A stretch of DNA of 64,000 bases from positions 1,049 through 65,048 of the forward strand of contig JAWKXJ010000009.1 in NCBI GenBank assembly GCA_041397105.1. Reading direction: 5' to 3'. The position numbers and the translations under genes were made by a program. The stretch comes from Paracoccaceae bacterium (GTDB lineage Bacteria > Pseudomonadota > Alphaproteobacteria > Rhodobacterales > Rhodobacteraceae). Numbering within the stretch: position 1 is the stretch's first letter; each line of letters opens with the position of its first letter. Positions 30,339 to 40,088 of this stretch are shown piece after piece. Under the pieces are notes generated by a model that had not been told where the DNA came from, did not search any database, and saw only the letters and a list, made by a program, of their open reading frames with translations.

Positions 30339-31978
30339 GGCGCCGCCCCGCTGGGGTCAATCGCGTAGCCGTAGCCGGCATCGCCGGTCTCGAACCGGAC
30401 GCCGTTCGCGAGATATGTGCCGGCCAATGCGGCGACCTCTTCGCTCAGGACCGGGCGCGCCGCCTTCATGTCAGCGTTCGGCTCGACGACATCGTCAAGC
30501 ATCACCACCCTGCCACCCGCCGACAGAACCCTTTCGATTGCCGCACGCGTCGCTTCCATACCGGCCTCATCGGTGCGCAGCACATCCGCCGCTGCCATAT
30601 GGTCCAGATACTGCTGCAGGTTCCAGTTCGTGCCGATGACGATCAGGTCGCCCGGCCCGGTCCGTTCGATCAGCGCCGTCCCACGCGCGCGGAAGAAATC
30701 GCTGGCCGGGCTGAACTGTATTCCGATCCCCGCAAGGCCGTTATGGGCGACAAGGACAAGCGCAAGAACGCCGACAAGGCCGGCCCGACCGGCAGCCATG
30801 CAGGGACCCACGCAAAGAACGGACCAGAGGATCGTCAGGGGCACCAGCGCAAGAATCCAGCCTTCGAAGCCGGTCGGGGACAGGACCGTCATCATCGCGC
30901 CATGCAGGACGAGCCAGATCAGCAAGAGCGGCCCCGCACCAGACAGGGCGCCCGAAACCCGATGCCGGATCGCGACACGCAGCGAGACCGCGAAAAGGAC
31001 CGCGGCAGCGGGCAAGGTGACAAGGGGCACCCAGGCGAGCCAGCCCGCGCGAGTCGCGGCATAGATCTCCTCGTCGAGGATCGCGCCCGGCGACACACGT
31101 TCGAACAGGTCGCGAACCGGCGCGTGCGCAAGCAGCCAGTTGGCTGAAAGAATATCCGACCCGAGCCCGTAGGCGACGGCAAGGGCCGTTTTTGCCGTCG
31201 GAAGCTCGGGGAAGAGTTCGCGAAGCTGAAAGAGGAAACCGACGGCGCCGTCCCCGGATCGGGAACTGCCGGCCATCGCACCCGCGACCAGCCCCAATGC
31301 CACAATCGTACCGGAAATTACCAGATAGCGTGGCAGCCACCGGACATGGCCGCGTAGGAGCAGATGGATCGGGATCGCCATGCCCGACAGAATTGCGAGT
31401 GGTTGGTAAACCAGCGCCCCGACGCCACCGAGGATGGCGAGTTGCAAGGCCCCCCTGCCCCTACCTGCCTGCGGGCAGCGATCAAGCCGGAATGTCATGT
31501 GAAGGAGGAAAATCGCAACCAGGACCGCCATCGCATAAATCTCGATTTCGGTGGCGTAACGCCAGACCCCGTAGCTTGCCGCGAAGAATGCAGCGCCAAG
31601 CCAGGCGGATGCGCCGCTCACCAAGAAATGCGACCTCAGGACATGGGCAAGAAGCATCACGGCAATCGCAGTCAGAGCGGCATTCAGAACCGCGAATAAC
31701 GTGAAGATGTCCGGATCAGGCACAAGGACCGCGACGAGCCGGTAAAGGCACTGCATCGCGAATATCCAGAGCATTCCGCGAGGATGCGGCACGGACATCA
31801 GCGGTTCATCGGTGATGATACGCGCATAGTAATAGGGGTCGATGCTGATCGAGTGGTTCGCAGGCGCGGTCAGGAAGTATCCAAGCGAGAGGATCAGAAA
31901 TATGGCGGCGCGTCGGGACAAAGGCACCCCGTCAGGCCTTACCTCCCGGTCTTGTGGAGGTACGGTCCGCGCGGTCAT
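30335..31978 (-). CDS. large polytopic membrane protein, possible GT-C-fold (ArnT/PMT-like) glycosyltransferase
   Basis: The start at 31978 (MTARTVPPQDREV...) forms an ATGA overlap with the upstream deacetylase stop. There are about 12 hydrophobic segments followed by a soluble C-terminal domain. The track ORF extension to 32560 overlaps the deacetylase gene and is rejected. Confidence 0.55.
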   Translation of the reverse strand: MTARTVPPQDREVRPDGVPLSRRAAIFLILSLGYFLTAPANHSISIDPYYYARIITDEPLMSVPHPRGMLWIFAMQCLYRLVAVLVPDPDIFTLFAVLNAALTAIAVMLLAHVLRSHFLVSGASAWLGAAFFAASYGVWRYATEIEIYAMAVLVAIFLLHMTFRLDRCPQAGRGRGALQLAILGGVGALVYQPLAILSGMAIPIHLLLRGHVRWLPRYLVISGTIVALGLVAGAMAGSSRSGDGAVGFLFQLRELFPELPTAKTALAVAYGLGSDILSANWLLAHAPVRDLFERVSPGAILDEEIYAATRAGWLAWVPLVTLPAAAVLFAVSLRVAIRHRVSGALSGAGPLLLIWLVLHGAMMTVLSPTGFEGWILALVPLTILWSVLCVGPCMAAGRAGLVGVLALVLVAHNGLAGIGIQFSPASDFFRARGTALIERTGPGDLIVIGTNWNLQQYLDHMAAADVLRTDEAGMEATRAAIERVLSAGGRVVMLDDVVEPNADMKAARPVLSEEVAALAGTYLANGVRFETGDAGYGYAIDPSGAAP

Positions 31979-32985
31979 CCGCCCTGCTCCAAACCGGCCG
32001 GACCGCCGTCCTCGGCCTTCGACGCCTTGAAATCCGGGCGGCGGAGGCGGGGTTGCATCGCCGCGAGCCGCCCGGCATGCGCACCGATGGTTTCGACAAC
32101 GCATTGCCGGTCGAGAATCGAAAGAAGCCGGCGCATTCGGTCCATCTTCTCTGCCGCGCCCTGATCCATCGCCGGAAAGAACCCGAGCTGTGGCGCGTCG
32201 TCCTTTCCCAGAAAATCGAGCGGATGCAGCAGTAGCGACGGCTCGATCCCGGCCAGACGACAGGCGGACAGCGCTGTCGCGAAATAGGTTCGGGACAGGC
32301 CCTCGGACATTCCGGCAAGCCAGTGCAGATAGCTGAAATGGATCGGCATGCGAATGACCGGCATTGTCGCCACCGGAATCTCCAATAGACCTGCGCCGCC
32401 GACGTCCCAGCGATAGGGCCGCAGCGGGCGTATCCCGTCGCGAAGTCCGCCGAACAGTGCCTTGCGCTTGGCCTTCTGCGCGGTATCGAGCCGCGCGTTC
32501 AGGAAATAGTAGGCGCGCGCCAGAGGGCCGACAAAGGTCGGAAAGGTCGAACAGTCGCAAGCGTAACCTCGATCTGCGAGAACGCGAAGTACCGTTTCGG
32601 AAAGACTGTAGCCGGGGCCACGGAAGACGTTCGGCCGCTGGCCTGTCGCGCCTTCGATCGCGGCCTCGGCATTCCTGATTTCGTCGACAACCTCGGCTTC
32701 GCTATAGAGATGAAGCCAGGGTTCGTGCTTGAACGAATGGTTGCCGATCTCGTGTCCGGCCTCCGGGATCGAACGAAGCGCCGCATGATTGTACTCCAGC
32801 GCCGCATCCTGCCCGACGACGAAGACCGTGATCTTCATCGAAAACTCGTCGAGCAGCGAAAGAAAGCGGGGCACGACGATATCGAGATAGGACGGAAAGG
32901 CGTTCCAACCCGGGTCGCCATGAGTCTTCATGTAGGACCACAGGTTGTCGAGATCGAGCGACAGGCTGCCTCGGTTAGGTTTCAT
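31975..32985 (-). CDS. polysaccharide deacetylase family protein
   Basis: SLSLDLDNLWSY...ITVFVVGQDAAL...AGHEIGNHSFKHEPW are NodB-type motifs, including HEIGNH. Confidence 0.8.
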   Translation of the reverse strand: MKPNRGSLSLDLDNLWSYMKTHGDPGWNAFPSYLDIVVPRFLSLLDEFSMKITVFVVGQDAALEYNHAALRSIPEAGHEIGNHSFKHEPWLHLYSEAEVVDEIRNAEAAIEGATGQRPNVFRGPGYSLSETVLRVLADRGYACDCSTFPTFVGPLARAYYFLNARLDTAQKAKRKALFGGLRDGIRPLRPYRWDVGGAGLLEIPVATMPVIRMPIHFSYLHWLAGMSEGLSRTYFATALSACRLAGIEPSLLLHPLDFLGKDDAPQLGFFPAMDQGAAEKMDRMRRLLSILDRQCVVETIGAHAGRLAAMQPRLRRPDFKASKAEDGGPAGLEQGG

Positions 32986-34322
32986 GCGGCAGACCTCATC
33001 GCGCCATCGGGCGCGCCCAGAAGGATCGGCAGCGCGCGGTCGATGACACCAAGCGTCGCATCGACGTTAAGCGTGCCATCCGTGATCTGCGCAGAATTCA
33101 CGATATGAAGACCGGGAGTATTGGTGCTGACAGGCGGCACGATGTCGCCGTATCCGAGCGTCGGAACGGCCATCACATTGCGTACGCGCGAGACCTTGAA
33201 GGCAAGAACATCGGCTTCAGAAAAACCCGGGTAGATCCGGGTCAGCGCCGCAATGAAGAGGTTTCTTATCGTGGTATCGTCCTTGTCCCAGAACGGATCG
33301 TCCTGCGTTGCATAGCGCGGCAAGTAGACGAGGCTCTTGCCGCCGAAGCGTTCGCGTCCTGTCAGCGCCGACATTTCAACAACCGCCGTGAACGGCAGAT
33401 CGGCGTCAGTGAGATAAGTCAGATAATAGCTCGCCAGCGGGCGCGACATGACCACCGATGCACAGACGATACCCTGATAGACGACCCGCCCCAACCGCGA
33501 CGAAAGTTCGGGCGAAAGGTCGCCGCAGATCTGGCGCGTGACCGCACATGGAAGCGTCGAAACGACGTGATCGAAGTCCATCGACCCGTCCGCTGTGTTG
33601 ACCCTGATCATCGGCCCTTTCCTGGTGACCTGCCGGACCGGGCAGCCCGTCCTCACCGTGACCCCAGCGTTCGAAAGCCGCGATTCCAGCGCCTCAAGAA
33701 CCCGACGGTAGCCACCCGAAACAAATCCCAGCGTCTCCGTCTTTGCGCCTGCGCTGCGCGCCAGATAAAGCCGCCGGATCGTCGCCCAGATGAAGGCCGC
33801 CGAAGCAATATCATCGTTGGTCCCGAGCTTGGCCCGCAGAAGCGGCTGCCAGAGCCGGTCGAACGCTTCCCTGCCCGACCAGCGCGTAAGCCAGTCCTTG
33901 ACGCGGATATGTTCCAGCGGCGCGCCATCACGTCGCCGGGCCGCCATCATGAGCGTCATCGCGATGCGGGCCTTTGCAACGGGCCCGAGCGTCGGCAACC
34001 GGAGATAGTCGACCGCACCATCAAGTGGCGCAAGCCGCCCGCCGGCGAAAAATCCGGTTCGGGCGCGGCGCCACTCCACCTCACCGGAAAGGCCCAGTTC
34101 ATCAAGAAGCGCAAGTGTCCGGCCATCGCCCGGTAGAATGACGTGATAGAACTTGTCCCAAGTGATGCCATCGACCGTCTCTGCCGCCGCCAGCCCGCCC
34201 GTGGACTGCGCCCCTTCCAGCAATGTCACGCGCTTGCCGTGCTCGGCCAGGCGCAGGGCCAGCACCTGCCCAAGCATACCGCCACCCGCGACGCACCACG
34301 TTTCTCCGCCGCCTTTTGTCAT
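32982..34322 (-). CDS. NAD(P)/FAD-dependent oxidoreductase (amine-oxidase / phytoene-desaturase-like)
   Basis: The start at 34322 (MTKGGGETWCVAGGGMLGQVLALRLAEHGKRVTLLEG) carries the dinucleotide-binding GxGxxG. ATGA overlaps at both ends. Confidence 0.75.
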   Translation of the reverse strand: MTKGGGETWCVAGGGMLGQVLALRLAEHGKRVTLLEGAQSTGGLAAAETVDGITWDKFYHVILPGDGRTLALLDELGLSGEVEWRRARTGFFAGGRLAPLDGAVDYLRLPTLGPVAKARIAMTLMMAARRRDGAPLEHIRVKDWLTRWSGREAFDRLWQPLLRAKLGTNDDIASAAFIWATIRRLYLARSAGAKTETLGFVSGGYRRVLEALESRLSNAGVTVRTGCPVRQVTRKGPMIRVNTADGSMDFDHVVSTLPCAVTRQICGDLSPELSSRLGRVVYQGIVCASVVMSRPLASYYLTYLTDADLPFTAVVEMSALTGRERFGGKSLVYLPRYATQDDPFWDKDDTTIRNLFIAALTRIYPGFSEADVLAFKVSRVRNVMAVPTLGYGDIVPPVSTNTPGLHIVNSAQITDGTLNVDATLGVIDRALPILLGAPDGAMRSAA

Positions 34323-34945
34323 GGCGTTGCCACAGCGGTTTCCCGCAATCCGCCGCCGTCGATGACGTATCCTTGCCCGCAGGCATCGCAAGCCACCGGC
34401 CCGTCTGGCGCCACGCTCGGATCGCCGCGAAAGACCGGCGCGCCGCAGCGGCAGACCAGCCCAGCGGCCCGCGCCGGATGACCGACAACCAACGTATGCG
34501 GCGCGACATCTCGCGTAACAACCGCACCCATGCCAACCATCGCGAACGCGCCGACTTCCAGCCCCGGACCAATGCGGCAGCCCGCACCGAGTGTCGCCCC
34601 CGCGCGCACCGTCGTTTCTTCGGTATGTTCGTCCGGACCCGAGTCGCGAAGCGCAGAGAGATCGGCGGTCGTTGCCCTCGGAAAACGGTCGTTGGTGAAG
34701 ATCGTTCCGGCGGAAATCATCACGCCGGTCTCAATGCGCACGCCCGTCGGAATGTAGACATAGGCATTGATCTTGACCCGATCAGCAATCGTCACACCGT
34801 AGGCGACATAGGTCTTTTCGCCGATGATGCAGTCGCGGCCGATCCACGCCGGCCCCCTGAGATGAACATTGTCCCAGACCGACGTTCCCTCGCCGATCTC
34901 GACGCCGGGCTCGACGATCGCGGTCGGGTGGATGCGGACAGTCAC
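34319..34945 (-). CDS. left-handed beta-helix (hexapeptide-repeat) sugar N-acetyltransferase (WbpD/WlbB-like)
   Basis: The GTG start forms a GTGA overlap with the upstream stop. The hexapeptide repeats are IHPTAIVEPGVEIGEGTSVWDNVHLRGPAWIGRDCIIGEKTYV... Confidence 0.75.
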   Translation of the reverse strand: MTVRIHPTAIVEPGVEIGEGTSVWDNVHLRGPAWIGRDCIIGEKTYVAYGVTIADRVKINAYVYIPTGVRIETGVMISAGTIFTNDRFPRATTADLSALRDSGPDEHTEETTVRAGATLGAGCRIGPGLEVGAFAMVGMGAVVTRDVAPHTLVVGHPARAAGLVCRCGAPVFRGDPSVAPDGPVACDACGQGYVIDGGGLRETAVATP

Positions 34946-35961
34946 CGCGCGGCCCCTGCCGCGGCTGGGGCCATGTCGTCGGCGACAGAGGCCCAGGCAC
35001 CCGAGGCGATCGAACGATAGGCCGCCTGAATCACGGAAACCGAGGCCAGGGCATCGGCGCAATTGGGCAAGGGCCGATCCTCGCCACGAACGACTGCGGT
35101 GAAATGGTCGATCTGACCCGCAAATGCTGCAACCTTGTCATAGCCTGTGCCGAAGGATTCCCAGGCACCGGACCGGCCGTTCCGGCGGCGGGATCCGCGC
35201 CATCCGATCTCGATTGTCCCTTCATCGCCGTAGATCTCGATGAAGCTGCTGCGGTCCTTGTGAATGCTCCAGGAAGTTTCAGCCGTTGCCTGCGCCCCGC
35301 TTTCCGTCCGCGCAAAAAGCGTAACTCCATCCTCCACAACCAAAGGCTGGATGCGTGGCGCGGCGACCGCATGCACCTTGGAGATGGGGCCAAGAAGATA
35401 CCGGATGATGTCCGCACAATGGGTTCCGTTGTCGATCAGGACACCACCACCGCTGACGGTCGGGTTGGAGTTCCACCGGCCGGTCATGTCCACCACTCCG
35501 GTAAAGGTGTTCTCCAGCATGCGCGGCACACCGATCGCGCCGTCACGGATCATCTTGCGCGCCGCGATCACGTCATCGACAAAGCGGAACTTCGACGCCA
35601 TCGACAGGACGACGCCGTGCCGGGTTGCCGCGTCGATCATGCGCGCGGCGGAAGCGCTGTCGATGCTGAGCGGCTTCTCGCAAAGCACGGACAGACCGCG
35701 CGACACGATATCGACGACAATCTGCGCATGGGTGACGGGTGGCGTGGTGACCAGAACCGCGTCGCAGATACCGGCATCCGCAAGGCCGATATGGGTGGTG
35801 AAGGTCGCCGCCCCGCATTCCGCCGCCAATGCGCCGGCAGCGGCCGCATCGACATCGGCAATACCGGAAAGCCGCACCGAGGGCATTCCGGCGATGGCCG
35901 CGACATAGGCGCGGGCAATGGCCCCGGCGCCGACAAGTCCAAGTCGGAAGGGGCCGCTCAT
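34942..35961 (-). CDS. Gfo/Idh/MocA family NAD-dependent sugar oxidoreductase (WbpB/GnnA-like)
   Basis: FRLGLVGAGAIARAYVAAI is a Rossmann N-terminus, and there is a CEKPL motif. 339 aa. Confidence 0.8.
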   Translation of the reverse strand: MSGPFRLGLVGAGAIARAYVAAIAGMPSVRLSGIADVDAAAAGALAAECGAATFTTHIGLADAGICDAVLVTTPPVTHAQIVVDIVSRGLSVLCEKPLSIDSASAARMIDAATRHGVVLSMASKFRFVDDVIAARKMIRDGAIGVPRMLENTFTGVVDMTGRWNSNPTVSGGGVLIDNGTHCADIIRYLLGPISKVHAVAAPRIQPLVVEDGVTLFARTESGAQATAETSWSIHKDRSSFIEIYGDEGTIEIGWRGSRRRNGRSGAWESFGTGYDKVAAFAGQIDHFTAVVRGEDRPLPNCADALASVSVIQAAYRSIASGAWASVADDMAPAAAGAAR

Positions 35962-37196
35962 TCTGCCGCCTCGTGCCGTTTGTCGGTCACGAAATCCCGA
36001 ATGCGGTCAGCGATCATGTCGACATGGACCTCCTGCAGCCGTTCGTTCCAGGGCAGCACCAGCACCTGGCGAAGGAAGGCATAGACACCTGCGTAATTCT
36101 CGGCGGCATAGTCGAGCACCTCGGGCCGCGCGAGCGAGAAGGGGAAGCGGCTGTTGCCAAAGGTTCGCTGGTCCCGGATCACGGCGCATTCGAAGGCGGG
36201 TTTGCGGATGTAGCGCGGCGCCGATGCGATGTCTCCCGCGCGCAGTTCTGTCGCGAGCGCATCGGGACCGCCGAGGTCCGGGGCCACAAGCAGGGCGTAT
36301 TTCCAGAAACCCTGCCGCCCCTCCGCCGGGGCATAGGGCGTTGTCAGCCCCACAAGATCGCCGATCCGCGCCGTCATCCGTTCGGCCATGACCCGGCGTT
36401 GCGTGATGCTGAAGTCAAGCTTGTCGAGCTGAGCCAGCGCCACTGCGCCCTGCAACTCTGTCATACGTCCGTTGAGAGCGGCAAAATAATGGTCGGGATT
36501 GGGGTCGCCATAGCCCCAGGCCTTGTCGATGAAAAGCCTCACCCGGCGCGACAGGTCAGGATCGTTGGACACGACGATGCCGCCTTCGCCAGTCGTGATG
36601 TGCTTGCCCTGCTGAAGGCTGAAGCACCCGATAGCGCCCAGCGTCCCTATGGGTCGACCGCCATAGGTCGCGCCATAGGCCTGCGCGCAATCCTCGATTA
36701 CCGGGATGCCGTGGCGGTTCGCCATTGACAGGATCGCGCCCATTTCGGCCGGATTGCCAAAGAGATGGGTGACGATAATGGCGCGGGTCTTCGGGCCGAT
36801 GACACGCTCGATGGTTTCGGCGGTGACGTTGCCGGTCTTCGGGTCGACATCGGCAAAGACCGGAACGGCGGTCTGATAGATGATCGGGGTGATGGCCCCC
36901 ATATCGGTGATCGGCGAGGTCACGATTTCGTCGCCGGGCTCCGGGTCGATTGCCGCGACCGCGGCATGAATGGCATTGGTGCCCGAGGCGCAGGCCCCAG
37001 CATAAGAAACGCCAAGCAGTTCGGCAAAGCGCTGTTCGAACCGCCGCACGAAGGTTCCTTTGGTGCAGGTCAGCGTACCGCTGCGGATCGCCTCCGACAC
37101 CAGCGCGATTTCTTCTTCCCCAAGCAACCGGCCGCTTGCATCCTGATCCGACGGGATCGTCGGAACCTCTGGCCGGCCACGTTCGACTTTCGTCAT
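35958..37196 (-). CDS. DegT/DnrJ/EryC1/StrS family PLP-dependent sugar aminotransferase (WbpE/GnnB-like)
   Basis: The start at 37196 has an AGGAG RBS. FEQRFAELLGVSYAGACASGTNAIHAAV...VTHLFGNPAEM...SLQQGKHITTGEGG is the PLP-lysine context. Confidence 0.85.
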   Translation of the reverse strand: MTKVERGRPEVPTIPSDQDASGRLLGEEEIALVSEAIRSGTLTCTKGTFVRRFEQRFAELLGVSYAGACASGTNAIHAAVAAIDPEPGDEIVTSPITDMGAITPIIYQTAVPVFADVDPKTGNVTAETIERVIGPKTRAIIVTHLFGNPAEMGAILSMANRHGIPVIEDCAQAYGATYGGRPIGTLGAIGCFSLQQGKHITTGEGGIVVSNDPDLSRRVRLFIDKAWGYGDPNPDHYFAALNGRMTELQGAVALAQLDKLDFSITQRRVMAERMTARIGDLVGLTTPYAPAEGRQGFWKYALLVAPDLGGPDALATELRAGDIASAPRYIRKPAFECAVIRDQRTFGNSRFPFSLARPEVLDYAAENYAGVYAFLRQVLVLPWNERLQEVHVDMIADRIRDFVTDKRHEAAE

Positions 37197-37212
37197 TTCC
37201 TCTACTCCTTCG

Positions 37213-38835
37213 TTACCAGTACACGCGCCAAGACCTTCGCGCCGCGATACGCGCCAAAGAGATCTCGGCAAGTAATTGCAGATGGCCGGCGATCACCCTC
37301 AGAACCTTCAGTTTCGACCGTCCGATCAGGCGGCTTTCGAGTACGGCCGGATGCTCCACGATCTTGCAGCCGCCGAGATCAAGCCGCGCCAGCATTTCGG
37401 CGACCCCGATGAACCCTTCGTGACGCAGGACCAGCCCCTTGGTCGCGCTCTTGCGGACGACACGAAAACAGCTCGTATAGGTGGCAAGCTTGTTGCGCAG
37501 GATCATCCGGTAAAGGCGTGAAGCCGAGCGTGACAGGACGAGCCGCCATTCAGGGACGCCTTCGACCCTGCCCAGCGCATGGTAAGGCGAGGCCGTCACA
37601 AGTGCGACATCGGGGGCGAGCAGGGGCAACATGTCTTCGATCCGGGCGGGGTCATAGCTGCAATCGCTGTCGATGACGGCGATGGTCTCGGCAGGCGCCG
37701 CATCTATTCCTGTCAGAATGGCCGCGCCGACCCCCCGGTTACGATCATGGCGCACGAGCCGAAACCGCGCGTCCGCGCCGAAAAGACGGTTCATTTCCGC
37801 CCAGGTCGCATCGGTGCTGCCATCATCGACGATGACAAACGAAAGTTCATGCCGCCGCCCCAGACCTGTCGCGAGTCCATTCAGCGCCTTCGCAAGATAG
37901 CCAAGGCCGGCTTCCTCGTTATAGCAAGGTATGACGATGGACACCGGGGTTCCGCTGGCACCTGACAAGGTTGCCGCCTGTCGCGCGTCAAGTGACCTGG
38001 TAGATGGCTCTGCTGACTGATTCAGCGGCTCATCGGCAAGACCCATCAAGTCGCGGATCGCGACGAATTGCGCCTGCCCGAGCAGCGCTTCCAACCGATC
38101 CTCAAACTGTGAAAGGTTGCGGTAGTGGAGTTTGCGTTCCAACGGCGAGAAAACCGATAGTTCCGTTGGATCGGGGTCAAGTTCCCACAGCTTGAAATCG
38201 AAGACGGCCGGTACCGCGCGGCGTCCCCATGCGGATATGAAATGGCGCGCCAGGGGATGGGGCATCAGCCTGAGGCCCGTGCCGCTCCGCAGCCCGACCG
38301 TCGCGCCCGCGACCCGCAGGCTTGGGAGGGTGATTTCGGTCACTTGGCCCGCGGTCGCCGGTCGGATCGCGTCGGAGACATTTGCCCGCCCGGGCCGGCA
38401 GACAAAGCGGACCTGCGCGGGCAGGACATCATCGGTCAACCCGTCGACCCCGCCATCTAGGTTGGCCACCCGACAACCGTGCACAACACGACCGGAACCG
38501 TCTTCGATCCGCGAAATCAGCTTGCTTACGTCGGAGACACAACCATGCGAACGTGCCGCGCCGCGCCGGGGTAGCCGTTCGATCCGGCAGGCGATTTCGT
38601 GGCCGGCGGTGGCTATTTCCCGCAAGGCTCGCGCATGACGCTCTGCCACCCAGAGGCCGGCGAAGAACGTGGCCTTGGCGCCCCTCCGGTCGAGCACCTG
38701 TAAGGCGACATCGACATTTCTTTCGATCCGAGATGGGAAACGGTCCCAATGACGTTCCGGCACACCACGACCGCCTGTCCGAAGCTGAAACTGCTCTTCC
38801 AGATCTATGGTCAGGGCATGGTGGGTGGCGGTCAC
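37213..38835 (-). CDS. fusion protein: polysaccharide-deacetylase-like (DUF3473-type) N-domain + family-2 glycosyltransferase C-domain
   Basis: GTG start with a GTGA overlap with wecB. The N-domain reads ALTIDLEEQFQL...AKATFFAGLWVAERHA...AGHEIACRIE. The C-domain reads VSIVIPCYNEEAGL...FVIVDDGSTDAT...IAVIDSDCSYDP, an ArnC/DPM1-like GT2. Confidence 0.75.
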   Translation of the reverse strand: MTATHHALTIDLEEQFQLRTGGRGVPERHWDRFPSRIERNVDVALQVLDRRGAKATFFAGLWVAERHARALREIATAGHEIACRIERLPRRGAARSHGCVSDVSKLISRIEDGSGRVVHGCRVANLDGGVDGLTDDVLPAQVRFVCRPGRANVSDAIRPATAGQVTEITLPSLRVAGATVGLRSGTGLRLMPHPLARHFISAWGRRAVPAVFDFKLWELDPDPTELSVFSPLERKLHYRNLSQFEDRLEALLGQAQFVAIRDLMGLADEPLNQSAEPSTRSLDARQAATLSGASGTPVSIVIPCYNEEAGLGYLAKALNGLATGLGRRHELSFVIVDDGSTDATWAEMNRLFGADARFRLVRHDRNRGVGAAILTGIDAAPAETIAVIDSDCSYDPARIEDMLPLLAPDVALVTASPYHALGRVEGVPEWRLVLSRSASRLYRMILRNKLATYTSCFRVVRKSATKGLVLRHEGFIGVAEMLARLDLGGCKIVEHPAVLESRLIGRSKLKVLRVIAGHLQLLAEISLARIAARRSWRVYW

Positions 38836-40088
38836 GCTTGGCTCACCTCCACAGCCGGCATTTCGACACTTTCGGCGTTCGACCCGGCTGAGCCGCTCCA
38901 CGCCATGATCGCCTCGACGATGCGCGCGGCGCTGTCGCCTTTGCCGAAGGGGTTGTCCACCGGTCTGACCCGTGCTGCCCATGACCCCGGCATTTCGGCC
39001 TCAAGCAGCGCGTCCCTCAACCTGTCCGGCGAGGCGCCGACAAGGCGCGCGATGCCGCAGTCAACTGTTTCGGGCCTTTCGGTGTTTTCGCGCAGGATCA
39101 GGAGCGGCTTACCAAGGCTCGGCGCCTCTTCCTGAACCCCGCCGGAATCGGAGACAACAAGCCAGGCGGCCGCAAGGCAATGCAGGAAATCCGGATAGGA
39201 AAGCGGTTCCAGCAAATGCACGCGCGGCACACCACCAAGCTCTTCTGCGGCCATCTTTGCGACGGCCGGATTGGCATGTACTGGAAAGATCAGCGAAACA
39301 TCCGGCCGTTCCTGAACGAAGCTGCGCAGAACACGCAACCGTTCCCGCATGACCGCCCCGAAACTTTCCCGCCGGTGCGTCGTCAGAAGAATGACGCGAC
39401 GGCCGGCGACCCGCGCCAGAAGATTGCGGATTTCCGGGCTCGGCTCCTGTTGCCGGCGCACAAGTTCGACGGCGTCGACAACGGGATTGCCGGTGTGAAG
39501 CACGTGTTCCGGCCGCACACCTTCGGCGAGAAGGGTCGCGACGTTTCTGTCCGTGGGCGCAAAGTGCAACTGCGCAAGGCCCGTGACCAGACGGCGGTTC
39601 ATTTCCTCGGGGAAGGGACTTTCGCGCGACCCGGACCGAAGCCCTGCTTCGATATGTCCGACGGCGATCTGCCTGTTCCATGCCGCCATCGCACCGGCAA
39701 GCGCGCTCGTCGTATCGCCCTGAACCAGAACGATGTCGGGTCTTTCCCGGTCCAGAACCTCGTCAAGGCGCTGGATGATCCGGGCCATGAGGCTGTTCAG
39801 CGACTGGCCGTGGACCATGGCTTCGAGGTCATGGTCGATACGGATGTTCCACAGCTGGATGAGCGGTCGGATCAGATCGGTATGCTGGGATGTCAGAACG
39901 GCCACGGGCGTCACGCCCTGCCGGTGATCCAGTGCCCTCAGCACCGGCAGGAACTTGATAAGCTCCGGCCGGGTACCGAAAACGCACAGCACCTTGAGCT
40001 CGCGTTGTGGCGCTGTCTGGCCCGGCGGCGGCGCTGAATCCGTATCCGGCCCATGCGGACGCTTTGCGCGCAAATCAAGACCGCTCAT
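38832..40088 (-). CDS. wecB: UDP-N-acetylglucosamine 2-epimerase (non-hydrolysing)
   Basis: LKVLCVFGTRPELIKFLPV...VQGDTTSALAGAMAA...GHIEAGLRS...SDSGGVQEEAPSLGKPLLILRENTERPE. The ATG is at 40088, with a TTG alternative at 40100. Confidence 0.9.
   Translation of the reverse strand: MSGLDLRAKRPHGPDTDSAPPPGQTAPQRELKVLCVFGTRPELIKFLPVLRALDHRQGVTPVAVLTSQHTDLIRPLIQLWNIRIDHDLEAMVHGQSLNSLMARIIQRLDEVLDRERPDIVLVQGDTTSALAGAMAAWNRQIAVGHIEAGLRSGSRESPFPEEMNRRLVTGLAQLHFAPTDRNVATLLAEGVRPEHVLHTGNPVVDAVELVRRQQEPSPEIRNLLARVAGRRVILLTTHRRESFGAVMRERLRVLRSFVQERPDVSLIFPVHANPAVAKMAAEELGGVPRVHLLEPLSYPDFLHCLAAAWLVVSDSGGVQEEAPSLGKPLLILRENTERPETVDCGIARLVGASPDRLRDALLEAEMPGSWAARVRPVDNPFGKGDSAARIVEAIMAWSGSAGSNAESVEMPAVEVSQA

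Noticed and set aside
31979-32560. N-terminal 194-aa extension of the 741-aa track ORF (30335-32560).
   Set aside because: The extension overlaps the polysaccharide deacetylase gene in another frame and is Arg/Gly-rich. An internal ATG at 31978 forms the same ATGA coupling seen throughout the cluster and begins just before the first TM segment.
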